64,000 nt of DNA from an uncultured Acidimicrobiales bacterium (GCA_963796415.1 CAWCLR010000005.1:39661-103660); one strand, 5' to 3'. Counted from the first letter of the stretch, positions 1 through 10,253 are shown. Notes: generated by a model from the sequence alone, not told the origin. Translations and numbers: made by a program.

Positions 1-2
1 CC

Positions 3-542
3 TCCAAGTTCACCGAGGGCGCCTGGGTCCCCACGCTGGTGATCCCGCTGATCACGCTCGTGTTCCTCGCCATCCACCGTCACTACCGGAAGGTGGCGGA
101 GAACCTCCGGGTCCGTCCGTCAGACCTGGTCGAGGTCGTGCGCCACACCGTGGTGGTGCTGGTCGCCGGCCCGACCCGGCCGGCCGTGCACGCACTCCGC
201 TACGCCCAGGCGATGCGGCCCGACCACCTCTTCGCCCTCACCGTCGTGCACGACCCGCAGCAGCGCGCCGACGTCCAGACGGCGTGGGACAACGCCCGCC
301 TCGACGTCCCGCTCGAGATCATCGAAGACGAATACCGCGACCTCTCCGAACCCATCGAGGCGTTCCTGACCCGCACCGACGCGCTGTGGGCCGACGACAC
401 GCTCACCGTGGTGATCCCCGAGTTCGTCGTCCACGGCTGGTGGGAGCAGCTGCTCCACAACCAGAGCGCCCTCCTGCTCAAGGCCCGCTTGCTCTACCGG
501 CGCGACACGGTGGTCACGTCGGTCCCCTGGCACATCGACTGA
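3..542 (+). CDS. APC-family permease, KimA/YdaO-like (C-terminal part; 5' end outside the window)
   Basis: Frame open from base 3: SKFTEGAW...IHRHY...FVVHGWWEQLLHNQSALLLKARLL...VTSVPWH, typical of the KimA/YdaO-type C-terminus. Confidence 0.8.
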   Translation, partial: SKFTEGAWVPTLVIPLITLVFLAIHRHYRKVAENLRVRPSDLVEVVRHTVVVLVAGPTRPAVHALRYAQAMRPDHLFALTVVHDPQQRADVQTAWDNARLDVPLEIIEDEYRDLSEPIEAFLTRTDALWADDTLTVVIPEFVVHGWWEQLLHNQSALLLKARLLYRRDTVVTSVPWHID

Positions 543-601
543 GCGCGAGCGCGCACCCGTCACCCTTCTCTCTCCGCGGGCCCGTGCCTACGGTTGGCGG
601 C

Positions 602-919
602 ATGGCCACCACAACCCCGACCCTCACCCTCGCCTTCGTCGCCAAGCTGGTGGCGAAGGACGACACCGCCCGCGACCTCGCCGACCTGCTCACCGGTGCG
701 GTCGAGCTGGCGAACGCCGAGGCCGGCACCGTCGTCTGGTTCGCGCTGCAGACCGACGCGACGACGTTCTGGATCGTGGACGCCTTCGCCACCGAGACGG
801 CCCGGCAGGCCCACATCGAGGGGCCGATCGCCGCCGCGCTCATGGCGAACGCCGACCGCCTGCTGGCGGCGCCCCCCGAGATCCTGCCGGCCGACGTGCT
901 CGCAGCCAAGGTCCCCTGA
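602..919 (+). CDS. Antibiotic biosynthesis monooxygenase (ABM) domain / putative quinol monooxygenase
   Basis: ATG at 602, 6 nt after TACGGT (-10-like); 105 aa with WFAL...FWIVDAFATETARQAH, a dimeric alpha-beta barrel pattern. Confidence 0.75.
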   Translation: MATTTPTLTLAFVAKLVAKDDTARDLADLLTGAVELANAEAGTVVWFALQTDATTFWIVDAFATETARQAHIEGPIAAALMANADRLLAAPPEILPADVLAAKVP

Positions 920-948
920 CGACGGGTTCCCCACCCGTAGGAGGCACG

Positions 949-2343
949 ATGTTCTTCCGCCAGTACGACCTCGCCTGCCTCTCGCTGTACAGCTACCTGA
1001 TCGGCGACTCCACGACCGGCCGGGCCGTCGTGGTCGACCCCCAGCGCGACATCGGCGAGTACCTGGCGGACGCGGACGCGCACGGCCTGCGCATCGAGCG
1101 GGTGATCGAGACCCACTTCCACGCCGACTTCCTCTCGGGCCACCTCGAGCTCGCCGAGGCGACCGGCGCGGCCGTGTGCTACGGCGACGTCGCCGAGCCC
1201 GACTTCCCGATCGACCCGCTGGCCGACGGGCAGGTGCTCTCGCTGGGCGAGGTCACGCTGGAGATCCGCCACACGCCCGGCCACACCCCCGAGTCGATCT
1301 CGATCGTCGTGCGCCAGAGCCCCGACGACGAGCCCTGGGCCGTGCTCACCGGGGACACGCTGTTCATCGGCGACGTCGGCCGCCCCGACCTGCTCACGTC
1401 GGTCGGCCGGACGGCCGACAGCCTGGCCCGCGACCTCCACCGGTCCCTGCAGACCAAGCTCCTCACATTGCCCGACGCCACGTTGGTGTTCCCCGCGCAC
1501 GGCGCCGGGTCGGCCTGCGGCAAGCACCTCTCGTCCGCGGCGTCGTCGACGATCGGCGAGCAGCGCGCCACCAACTACGCCCTCGCACCGATGACCGACG
1601 ACCAGTTCGTCGAGGCGGTGACCGAGGGCCAGAGCGTCGCCCCGCTGTACTTCGCGTTCGCGGCGAACGCGAACCGGCAGGACCACGCCCTCCTGGACGA
1701 CCACGAGCCGCCGGCCACCCTCGACCTCGACGAGGCCCTCGCCCTCGCCCGCACCGGCGCGGCGCTGATCGACACCCGATCGCCCGAGTCGTACGCCTCG
1801 GGGCACCTGCGGGGCTCGGTGAACGTCGGCCTCGACGGCCGCTTCGCCGAGTACGCCGGCGACGTCGTCCGGCCCGGGCAGCGGGTCGTGCTCCTCGGCG
1901 ACGCCGGCCGCGGCATCGAGGCCAAGGTCCGGCTCGCCCGGATCGGGTTCGACGCCGTGGCCGGCGCCGTCGACGACGTCGAGCGCGCGCTCGCCGACCG
2001 CCCCGAGCTGGCGGTCCCCGCCCGGCGGCTGCCCGCCCGCGAGGTCGCCTCGTGGCTGGCCGACGACCCCGAGGTCCAGGTCGTCGACGTCCGCAGCCCC
2101 GGTGAGGTGGCCGACACCGGGACGTTGCCCGGGGCCCGGCCGGTCCCGCTCCCGCAGCTGCTCGATCACCTCGACGAGCTCGACCCGGCCGCACCGACGA
2201 TCGTCTACTGCGCCGGCGGCTACCGCTCGTCGATCGCGGCGTCCTCGCTGCGCGCCCACGGCTTCGCGACCGTCGCCGATCTCATCGGCGGCTACGCCGC
2301 CTGGGCGGCCGCCACTCCTGCCGGCCGGACCGCCCCGACCTGA
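949..2343 (+). CDS. MBL-fold hydrolase (persulfide dioxygenase-like) fused to two rhodanese domains
   Basis: THFHADF, HTPGHT, TGDTLFIGDVGRPDL, PAHGAGSACG and rhodanese active-site CAGGYRS; SD AGGAGG upstream. Confidence 0.9.
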   Translation: MFFRQYDLACLSLYSYLIGDSTTGRAVVVDPQRDIGEYLADADAHGLRIERVIETHFHADFLSGHLELAEATGAAVCYGDVAEPDFPIDPLADGQVLSLGEVTLEIRHTPGHTPESISIVVRQSPDDEPWAVLTGDTLFIGDVGRPDLLTSVGRTADSLARDLHRSLQTKLLTLPDATLVFPAHGAGSACGKHLSSAASSTIGEQRATNYALAPMTDDQFVEAVTEGQSVAPLYFAFAANANRQDHALLDDHEPPATLDLDEALALARTGAALIDTRSPESYASGHLRGSVNVGLDGRFAEYAGDVVRPGQRVVLLGDAGRGIEAKVRLARIGFDAVAGAVDDVERALADRPELAVPARRLPAREVASWLADDPEVQVVDVRSPGEVADTGTLPGARPVPLPQLLDHLDELDPAAPTIVYCAGGYRSSIAASSLRAHGFATVADLIGGYAAWAAATPAGRTAPT

Positions 2344-2364
2344 GCGGCGCGGCGCGCCACCGGC

Positions 2365-2925
2365 TCACCGGACGGCGTGCGCCGCCCACCCGAACTCGTT
2401 GGACCGGACGGTCGTCGAGGCGAACCCAGCCCGGGTCAGGCGGGCGTCGACGCCGGCAGGGTCGACCGGGTTGTACACGTCGTCGTCGTGCAGGGCCCGC
2501 AGCTCGTCGCTGGCCACGCTGTCGGAGGCCACGAACGGGGCTCCGGGTGCGAGCACGCGGGCGACCTCGGCGAACAGCCGGTCCTGGGCGTCGGCGGTGG
2601 GGACGTGGTGCAGCATCGTGAACGACACCGCCGACGAGAACCTCCCGTCGGGGAACGGCATGGCGGTGGCGTCCGCCTGGACCACCTCGACGTTCGTTCC
2701 GGCCAGGCGCTCGGCGAGGGCGGCGGCCAGCCCGGCGTCGATCTCGACCGCCGTGAGCCGGGCGAGCCGGCCGCGGAGCAGGTCGGTCGTCGTGCCGGGG
2801 CCCGGGCCGACCTCGAGCACGTCGGCGCCCAGCTCCACGTCGCCGAGGGCGTACGGGAAGATGAGGTCGCGGAGCACGTCGCGCCACGCGTCGCTGGCCA
2901 GCAGCTCCAGGTGCTCGCGGTTCAT
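2365..2925 (-). CDS. Class I SAM-dependent methyltransferase
   Basis: VLEVGPGPG motif I, DATAMPF, FTMLHH; start MNREHLELL at 2925. Confidence 0.85.
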   Translation of the reverse strand: MNREHLELLASDAWRDVLRDLIFPYALGDVELGADVLEVGPGPGTTTDLLRGRLARLTAVEIDAGLAAALAERLAGTNVEVVQADATAMPFPDGRFSSAVSFTMLHHVPTADAQDRLFAEVARVLAPGAPFVASDSVASDELRALHDDDVYNPVDPAGVDARLTRAGFASTTVRSNEFGWAAHAVR

Positions 2926-3026
2926 CCGGCCGACAGTACGTCGCTGCGCTCGCCGCCGGCCCGTCAGTTCGGCCGGTCGCACGCCTCGCAGCGCAACGTT
3001 CGTGGCCTTGGCACTAGACATCCAGG

Positions 3027-3800
3027 GTGCCGTTCACCCCGTTGACCGAACCCCCCGACGGCGTGACGCCCGACGGACCGGCCCTCGTCGTGGCCGTCCA
3101 CGACGGGCGCGCCGTCTTCGTCGTCGACGACGAGGCCCCGAGCGACGGCCTGTTCCTCGGCGTGCTCGACGGCCGGTGGTGCTTCGCGGTCGACGTGCTC
3201 GACGAGCCCGACGTGGACCTCGACCGGTTCCGGGACCTGCGGATGCTGTGGGGAACGCTCGACGAGGTCACCTGGACCGTCGCCGGCCGTGCCGCACAGC
3301 TCGTCGACTGGCAGCGCACCCACCGCTTCTGCGGCCGGTGCGCCACGCCGACCGAGCCGACGCGGGGTGAGCGGTCGCGCCGGTGCCCGCGCTGCGGCCT
3401 CGTCGCCTTCCCCCGCCTGGCGCCGGCGGTCATCACGCTGATCGAGCGCGACGACGGGCGCATCCTGCTGGCCCGCAACGTCAACTTCCCGGTGCCGTTC
3501 TTCTCCCTGCTGGCGGGCTTCGTGGAACCCGGCGAGACCCTGGAGGAGGCCGTCGTCCGCGAGACGCTCGAGGAGGTCGGCGTGACAGTCGGCGACGTCA
3601 CCTACTGGGGCAGCCAGCCATGGCCGTTCCCGCACTCGCTGATGGTCGGGTTCCGGGCCCGGTACGTGGCGGGCGAGTTCGTCCTCCAGGCCGACGAGAT
3701 CGCCGAGGCCGGCTGGTTCGCCCCCGACGAGCTGCCGATGGTGCCGCCCACGATGAGCATCGCCGGCCGCATGATCGAGGCGTGGGTCGCGGAGCGCTGA
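3027..3800 (+). CDS. nudC: NAD(+) diphosphatase / NAD-cap decapping Nudix hydrolase
   Basis: Zn ribbon RFCGRC...CPRCG, FPRLAPAVI, Nudix box GFVEPGETLEEAVVRETLEEVG, SQPWPFPHSLM signature. Confidence 0.95.
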   Translation: MPFTPLTEPPDGVTPDGPALVVAVHDGRAVFVVDDEAPSDGLFLGVLDGRWCFAVDVLDEPDVDLDRFRDLRMLWGTLDEVTWTVAGRAAQLVDWQRTHRFCGRCATPTEPTRGERSRRCPRCGLVAFPRLAPAVITLIERDDGRILLARNVNFPVPFFSLLAGFVEPGETLEEAVVRETLEEVGVTVGDVTYWGSQPWPFPHSLMVGFRARYVAGEFVLQADEIAEAGWFAPDELPMVPPTMSIAGRMIEAWVAER

Positions 3801-3819
3801 AGGCGTCGCCCGGGGCGAG

Positions 3820-4521
3820 TCAGGGGCCGTCGAGCCCGGCCTGGCCGAGGATCTGGGCCCGGAGCTGCTCGAACTGGGCCTGGTCGACGACCCCGGCGTC
3901 GCGCAGGCGGGCCAGCTTCTCGAGCCGCTCGACGGGATCGGCGTCGGACTGGCTGGCGACGACCTTGACGCCCCCGGGCGGGCCCGCCGGCGGGGCGCCG
4001 GGCACCCCGGGCGCGGGGCCGCCCCAGGCGCCCGCATCGGCGGGTTCCGTGCCGACGCTGACCACGGCGCCGGGGAACATCTGCTGGAGCTGGCTGACCA
4101 TGTCTCCCACGCCCGCCGCCCCGGCGAGATCGGTGCCCCCGGGCGTCCCGCCCGGTGGGGGATAGCCGCCGGGCGGCGGATGGCCGCCGGCCGCGGCCTG
4201 CTGCTGGCGGAGGAAGGCGGCGAGCTGCTCGGCCTCTTGCGCCGCCGCGTCCCGGGTGGTGGGGATCTCGTCCCACAGCACGTCGAGGTTGCCATGGTCG
4301 TCGGGATCGATCGCGACGGGCAGCACATCGCCCGGTTCGGGCCACTTGTCCACCCGGGCGCCGAACTTCTTGTACACGTGCGTGAAGGCCGGGATGCCCG
4401 GGGCCTCGACCACGAGCGTTGCCCGCAGCGAGCCGTGCGTGGCGTGCGGTGCGTGGTTCAACGACATGACCCGCGCCGTGCCGCGCACGCCGTCCTTGCG
4501 CTTCCTGCCGAACAGACCCAT
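3820..4521 (-). CDS. Hypothetical protein with OB-like N-terminus, Pro/Gly linker and C-terminal SHOCT domain
   Basis: Start MGLFGRKRK at 4521; C-terminus DPVERLEKLARLRDAGVVDQAQFEQLRAQIL matches the SHOCT pattern. Confidence 0.7.
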   Translation of the reverse strand: MGLFGRKRKDGVRGTARVMSLNHAPHATHGSLRATLVVEAPGIPAFTHVYKKFGARVDKWPEPGDVLPVAIDPDDHGNLDVLWDEIPTTRDAAAQEAEQLAAFLRQQQAAAGGHPPPGGYPPPGGTPGGTDLAGAAGVGDMVSQLQQMFPGAVVSVGTEPADAGAWGGPAPGVPGAPPAGPPGGVKVVASQSDADPVERLEKLARLRDAGVVDQAQFEQLRAQILGQAGLDGP

Positions 4522-4646
4522 GTGCCCTCCAGCCGAGCTGTGGGTGCGACCGCCGGCACACAGCGTATGGCACCGGCCGCGCATACCGCGTGGCGGGGCG
4601 ACGGGCGGGTCGTCCATGATCTGGACCCCTCCGCGGAGGCGACCCC

Positions 4647-6105
4647 ATGCTGCTCACCCTGTCCACGACCCACCGGCCGGCGACCGACCTCGGCTTCCTG
4701 CTGCACAAGAACCCGGCGCGCGCCCACGCGGTCGAGCTCTCGTTCGGGACGGCGCACGTGGTGTACCCCGAGGTGGGCGACGACCGGTGCACGGCGGCCC
4801 TTCTGGTCGAGGTCGACCCGGTCGGGCTCGTGCGGGGCCGCGGCGGAGGCCCGGCGCCAAGACCCACGGCGCGCCGACGCTCGCCCAGTACGTCAACGAC
4901 CGGCCGTACGTCGCCTCGTCGTTCCTGTCGGTCGCGCTCGAGCAAGGTGTTCGGCACGGCGCATGGCCGGGCGCAGTCGCGAGCGGCCCGACCTCGCCGC
5001 CACCGCCGATACCGCTGGACGCCGCGCCTGCCGGCTGTCCCCTGCCGCGGGCGGCGAGGCGATCGCTGCGCCGGCTGTTCGAGCCGCTCGGCTACTCGGT
5101 CGACGACCGACCGATCCCGCTCGACCCGACCGTCCCCGAGTGGGGCGACAGCCGCTACCTCGACGTCACACCTGAGCGCCACCGCTGCGCCTGCGCGGAC
5201 CTGCTCGACCACCTGTACGTGCTGCTGCCCGTCCTCGACGACGCCAAGCACTACTGGGTCGGCGCCGACGAGGTCGACAAGCTGCTGCGCCGCGGCGGCG
5301 GGTGGCTGGCCGCCCACCCCGACCGCGAGCTGATCACCCGCCGCTACCTGCGCCACGACCGTCAGCTCGCGGGCGCTGCGCTGGCGCGCCTGCTGGCGAC
5401 GACGGCGGCTGCAGGTCCGGCGACGAGGCCGAGCGAGCCGACGCGGCGGCGGTCGCGCACGACGCCGAGGAGCGAGGCAGTCGAGAAGCCGCTGCAGCCT
5501 CAACGAACAGCGCCTCGGCCGTGGTCGCCGAGATCGTGCGGACGAGCGCCGCCCGGCGTGTCGTGGACCTGGGCTGCGGCGAGGGCCGCTCGTCCAGCGC
5601 GCTGCTCCGCGACACCGACGTCGATCACGATCCTCGGGGTCGACGTCGTCCCACGGAGCGCTCGACCGCGCCGCCCGCCGCCTGCGGCTCGACACGATGG
5701 CGCCGCGCCAGCGCGAGCGCGTCGACCTGGTGCAGGGCGCGCTGACCTACCGCGACCGGCGCCTGCGTGCGGCTTCGACGCTCGCCACCGTCGTCGAGGT
5801 GGTCGAGCACCTCGACCCGCCGCGGCTCGGGCGCCTTCGAGCGCGCGCTGTTCGGCTACGCCCGTCCGGCCACGGTGGTCGCTGACCACGCCCAACGTCG
5901 AGTACAACGCGCTGCTTCGCGGACGCTGCCGTCCGGGCGCGCTGCGCCACGGCGACCACCGCTTCGAGTGGACGCGGGCGGAGTTCGCCGAGTGGGCCGG
6001 CCAGGTCGCGGCCCGTCACGGCTATGCGGTGTCGGTGCTCGGGCATCGGTCCGGACGACGCCGAGCGCGGCGCGCCGACGCAGATGGCGGTGTTCCGCGC
6101 GATGA
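4647..6105 (+). pseudogene. hen1: 3'-terminal RNA ribose 2'-O-methyltransferase Hen1 (multiply frameshifted as sequenced)
   Basis: Pieces in alternating frames: MLLTLSTTHRPATDLGFLLHKNP, LAQYVNDRPYVASS, HLYVLLPVLDDAKHYWVG, VVDLGCGEG, VEVVEHLD, TTPNVEYN, RHGDHRFEWTRAEF; ends ...AVFR with ATGA overlap into pnkp. Confidence 0.9.
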
Positions 6106-8687
6106 CGACGGTCGACCGTGCCCGAGCTGTCGCCTCGTCGTCCTCGTCGGCGTGTCCGGGTCGGGGAAGTCGAGCTTCGCGGCCCGGCACTTCCTGCCGA
6201 CCGAGGTGCGTGTCGTCGGACGCCTGCCGTGGCCTGGTGGCCGACGACGAGAACGACCAGACCGCCACCAAGGCCGCCTTCGAGGTGCTCCACACCATCG
6301 CCGGCGAAGCGGCTGGAGGCCGGACGCCTCACCGTGGTCGACGCCACGAACGTCCAGCCCGAGGCCCGCCGGCCGCTGGTCGCGCTGGCCAAGGCGCACC
6401 ACATGCTGCCCGTGGCCGTCGTGCTCGACGTGCCCGAGGCGATCTGCGCAGAGCGCAACGCCGCCCGGCCCGACCGCGAGTTCGGCGCCGCACGTGCTGC
6501 GCCACCAGCGCAACCAGCTCCGCGCGGTCGATGCGCGGCCTGCGCCGCGAGGGCTTCCGCCAGGTGCACGTGCTCGACGGGGTCGAGGAGGTCGAGGCCG
6601 CCACGGTCGAGCGCCAGCCGCCTGTGGACCGACCGCCGCCACGACCACGGTCCGTTCGACATCATCGGCGACGTCCACGGGTGCGCCGTCGAGCTGGTCG
6701 CCCTGCTCGGCGAGCTCGGCTACGCGGTCGCGCCCGACGGCACCCGGCGCCCACCACCCCGAGGGTCGGCGGGCCGTGCTTCGTCGGCGACCTGGTCGAC
6801 CGCGGCCCGGCCACGCCCGGCGGTGCTGCGCCTGGTCATGGGCATGGTGGCCGCCGGCGACGCCCTGTGCGTCCCCGGCAACCACGAGAACAAGCTGCTG
6901 CGGGCCCTCCGGGGCCGGAACGTGACGCTCAGCCACGGGCTGGCCGAGTCGCTGGAGCAGCTCGCGGCCGAGCCGCCGGCGTTCTCCGCAGCGAGGTGGC
7001 CGCGTTCGTCGACGGGCTGGTCACCCACTTCGTCCTCGACGACGGGCAAGCTCGTCGTCGCCCACGCCGGCCTGCCCGAGGACGATCCACGGCCGGGCGT
7101 CGGGCGCGGTACGGGCCTTCGCGCTGTACGGCGACACGACCGGAGAGACCGACGAGTTCGGGCTGCCGGTGCGCTACCCGTGGGCCGAGGACTACCGGGG
7201 CCGGGCCACCGTCGTGTACGGCCACACGCCGGTGCCCGAGGCGACGTGGGTCAACAACACGATCTGCATCGACACCGGGTGCGTGTTCGGCGGCGAGCTG
7301 ACCGCCCTGCGCTACCCCGAGCGCGAGCTCGTGTCGGTGCCGTCCGCCCGCACCTACTGCGAGCCGGTCGCGCCCCGTGGCGCCGCCGAGCTCGAGCCGC
7401 CGCGCCGCGAGCCCGACCGACCTCGACCTCGACGACGTCATCGGCAAGCGCATCGTCGACGACGCGGCTGCGGTCGACCGTGACCGTCCGCGAGGAGAAC
7501 GCCGATCGCCGCCCTCGAGGTGATGAGCCGCTTCGCGGTGGACCCGCGCTGGCTGGTGTACCTGCCGCCGACCATGGCGCCGACCGCGACGTCCGAGTCG
7601 GCCGGCCTGCTCGAGCACCCCGCCGAGGCCTTCGCCGACTTCCGCCGCGCCGGCGTGGCCCGCGTCGTGTGCGAGGAGAAGCACATGGGCTCGCGGGCCG
7701 TCGTGGTCGTGTGCCGTGACGACGAGGTGGCCGCGCCGCCGGTTCGGCGTGACCACGGCGCGGCCGACGAGGGGCGCGGGCGCCGTCGTCACGCGCACCG
7801 GGCGCCCGTTCTTCGGCGACCGCGGCCGACGAGGTGGCGCTGCTCGCCAAGGTGCGCGCCGGGCTCGACCGTCGGCCGGGCTGTGGGACGAGCTGGCCAC
7901 CGACTGGGTCGTCCTCGACGCCGAGCTGCTGCCGTGGTCGGCGAAGGCCGGCGACCTGCTGCGTCAGCAGTACGCCTCGGTCGGGGCGGCGGCCACGGCC
8001 ACCCTCGCCGCCGAGGTGGCCGTGCTCGAGGCGGCCGCGCGCCCGGGGCGCCGACGTCGACGACCTGCTGGCCGCGCACGCTCGACCGGCACGGCGATGG
8101 CCGAGCGGGTTCGTCGACGCCTACCGCCGCTACTGCTGGCCGGTCGACGTCGGTCGACGACCTGCGGCTCGCGCCGTTCCAGGTGCTCGCCGGCGAGGGC
8201 GGGGTCCACGCCCTCACGCGACCACGGGTGGCACCTCGAGGTGCTCGGCCGCCTGGCCGGCGCCGACCCCGGCGACCTTCCGAGCCACCGCGACGCGCGG
8301 CCGTCGACCTGGGCGACCCGGCCAGCGAGGCGGCGGCCGCCGCCTGGTGGGACGGAGCTCACCGGCCGCGGCGGCGAGGGCATGGTGGTCAAGCCGGTCG
8401 AGGTCGTGCACCGTGGGCGCCAAGGGCCTGACGCAGCCGGGCATCAAGTGCCGGGGGCCCGAGTACCTCCGCATCATCTACGGACCCGAGTACACGGCGC
8501 CAGGACAACCTCGAGCGCCTGCGCGTCGCGCGGCCTCGGCCACAAGCGTTCGCTGGCCCTGCGCGAGTTCGCCCTCGGCATCGAGGCGCTCGAGCGGTTC
8601 GTGGCCGGCGAGCCGCTGCACCGGGTCCACGAGTGCGTGTTCGGCGTGCTGGCTCTCGAGAGCGAGCCGGTGGACCCGAGGCTGTGA
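6102..8687 (+). pseudogene. pnkp: Polynucleotide kinase-phosphatase-ligase Pnkp (multiply frameshifted as sequenced)
   Basis: Kinase P-loop GVSGSGKS; metallophosphoesterase GDVHG, GDLVDRG, GNHE; ligase EEKHMGSR, EGMVVKP, KCRGPEYLRIIYGPEY; C-terminus ALESEPVDPRL*. Confidence 0.9.
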
Positions 8688-8689
8688 CG

Positions 8690-9476
8690 ATGCTCGAGAT
8701 CCCGCCCCTGCCCCCGTCCACGATCCTGCTGGTCGAGGTCGGCTCCGCCGCCCACGGCACCGGCATCCCCGGCGGCGAGGACCACGACGAGATGGGCGTC
8801 GTCATCGAGGCGCCTGCACAGGTGGTCGGGCTCGACGACCGCGGGCTGCGCACGGTCATGCAGCGGACCCAGCCCGAGGGGTCCCGGTCGGGGCCGGGCG
8901 ACACCGACCGCACGCTGCACTCGCTGCGCCGCTTCGTGCGCATGGCGGCGGGCGGGAACCCGTCGATCCTCATGGCGCTCTGGGCCCCCGTGTTGCAGGC
9001 GACCGCCGACGGACACGAGCTCCGGACACTCGCCGACGCCTTCGTCGGCCGCCACGTCGTGCCGCGCTACCGCGGGTACATGCAGTCGCAGGCCATGCGG
9101 CTGCTTGGCACCAGGGGCGGAGGCCACGGCCGGCGGGGCGGCGGCGGGCGCGAGGAGCTGATCGCCGCCCACGGCTACGACACGAAGTACACCATGCACT
9201 GCGCCCGGCTCGGCTACCAGTGCATCGAGCTGCTCACCACCCGGGCGCTGACCCTGCCGATCGCGGGGCCCGAGGCCGACTGGCTGCGGGCGGTCCGGCG
9301 GGGCGACGTGGCGTTCGACGAATGGTGGGCGCGTCTGCCTCGAGCTCGACGCCCGCCTGGCCGGACTTGCCGTCGACGAGCGCTTGCCGCCGGGACCCGA
9401 CCGGGTACCCGTCGAGGCGTGGTGTGTCGACGTGCACATCCGCCACTGGCGACAGGTGGGCGCAGTGGCGGTCTGA
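8690..9476 (+). CDS. RlaP-like (Pol-beta superfamily) nucleotidyltransferase; one frameshift near 9335
   Basis: GSAAHG-x-EDHDEMGV (GS plus DxD), GNPSILMALW, GYDTKYTMH; ATG 2 nt after the pnkp stop; after a one-base shift reads CLELDARL...HWRQVGAVAV* to TGA 9474-9476. Confidence 0.75.
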
Positions 9477-9480
9477 CGCT

Positions 9481-9577
9481 CGAGGCAATGGCTGTCGTTC
9501 CGGCGGTCGCGAGGCAATGGTGTGCGGGGGCCGCACGCGATCGCCTCGAGAGTCCGCGATCGCGAGTCAATGCCTCG
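9481..9577. repeat. Nested palindromic repeat element, copy 1 (97 bp)
   Basis: CGAGGCAATGG at 9481 and 9510; inverted cores ending at 9548 and 9577. Confidence 0.75.
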
Positions 9578-9621
9578 CCCCCCTGTACCCGGCCGCCGGG
9601 CTCGCCGTGCAGACTGGGGGC

Positions 9622-10200
9622 GTGGGAAAGCTCGACGACCTCGAGTGGTTCCAGGCCGAGACCCGCCAGGAATGGCGGGCGTGGCTGGCCGAGAACCACG
9701 CCACGTCCCCCGGCATCTGGCTCGTCACCTGGAAGAAGTCCTCGGGCAAGCCGGTGCTCGACTACGACGAGAAGGTCGAGGAGGCGCTGGCCTGGGGGTG
9801 GATCGACACGAAGGGCATGAGCGTCGACGACGAGCGCACGCGGCTCGTGATGTGCCCCCGCCGGCCGGGCAGCGGGTGGTCGCGGCCGAACAAGGAGCGC
9901 ATCCTCAGGCTCGAAGAGCAGGGACTCATGCAGCCGGCGGGTCGGGTGGTGATCGACGCCGCCAAGGCCGACGGGTCGTGGACGCTCCTCGACGACGTCG
10001 AGGACCTGATCGTGCCGCCCGACCTGGCCGAGGCGTTCGACCGCCGCCCGGGCAGTCGCGCCCAGTGGGACGGCTTCGGCAAGTCGCCCCGGAAGGCCAT
10101 GCTGACGTGGCTCGTCACGGCCAAGCGTCCCGAGACCCGGGCCGCTCGCGTCGAGAAGATCGCGGCCGAGGCGTCTGAGGGCCGCCACGCCGTCGGGTGA
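9622..10200 (+). CDS. YdeI/OmpD-associated family protein
   Basis: GTG start; WRAWLAENH...IWLVTWKK...EALAWGWID...RRPGSGWS..NK...AKRPETRAARVEK. Confidence 0.9.
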   Translation: MGKLDDLEWFQAETRQEWRAWLAENHATSPGIWLVTWKKSSGKPVLDYDEKVEEALAWGWIDTKGMSVDDERTRLVMCPRRPGSGWSRPNKERILRLEEQGLMQPAGRVVIDAAKADGSWTLLDDVEDLIVPPDLAEAFDRRPGSRAQWDGFGKSPRKAMLTWLVTAKRPETRAARVEKIAAEASEGRHAVG

Positions 10201-10253
10201 CCGGCGGGAAGGCGATCACCCTGGCGCGGTGACGCCGCGGGTCGACGAGGCCG

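Noticed and set aside
949-2343. MBL-rhodanese fusion as a novelty
   Set aside because: Common persulfide dioxygenase-sulfurtransferase architecture
4256-6925. 889-aa ORF that appears to fuse Hen1 and Pnkp segments
   Set aside because: Mosaic of real fragments and off-frame junk created by the indels; the two genes have a normal ATGA junction at 6102-6105
9481-9577. Possible mini-CRISPR (repeated CGAGGCAATGG with spacers)
   Set aside because: Cores are only about 11-16 nt, half are inverted, there are no cas genes, and the copies are dispersed; treated as a REP/MITE-like element
7834-10200. 788-aa ORF suggesting a Pnkp-YdeI fusion
   Set aside because: A stop-poor GC-rich frame links a Pnkp fragment to ydeI through off-frame sequence; ydeI has its own GTG at 9622
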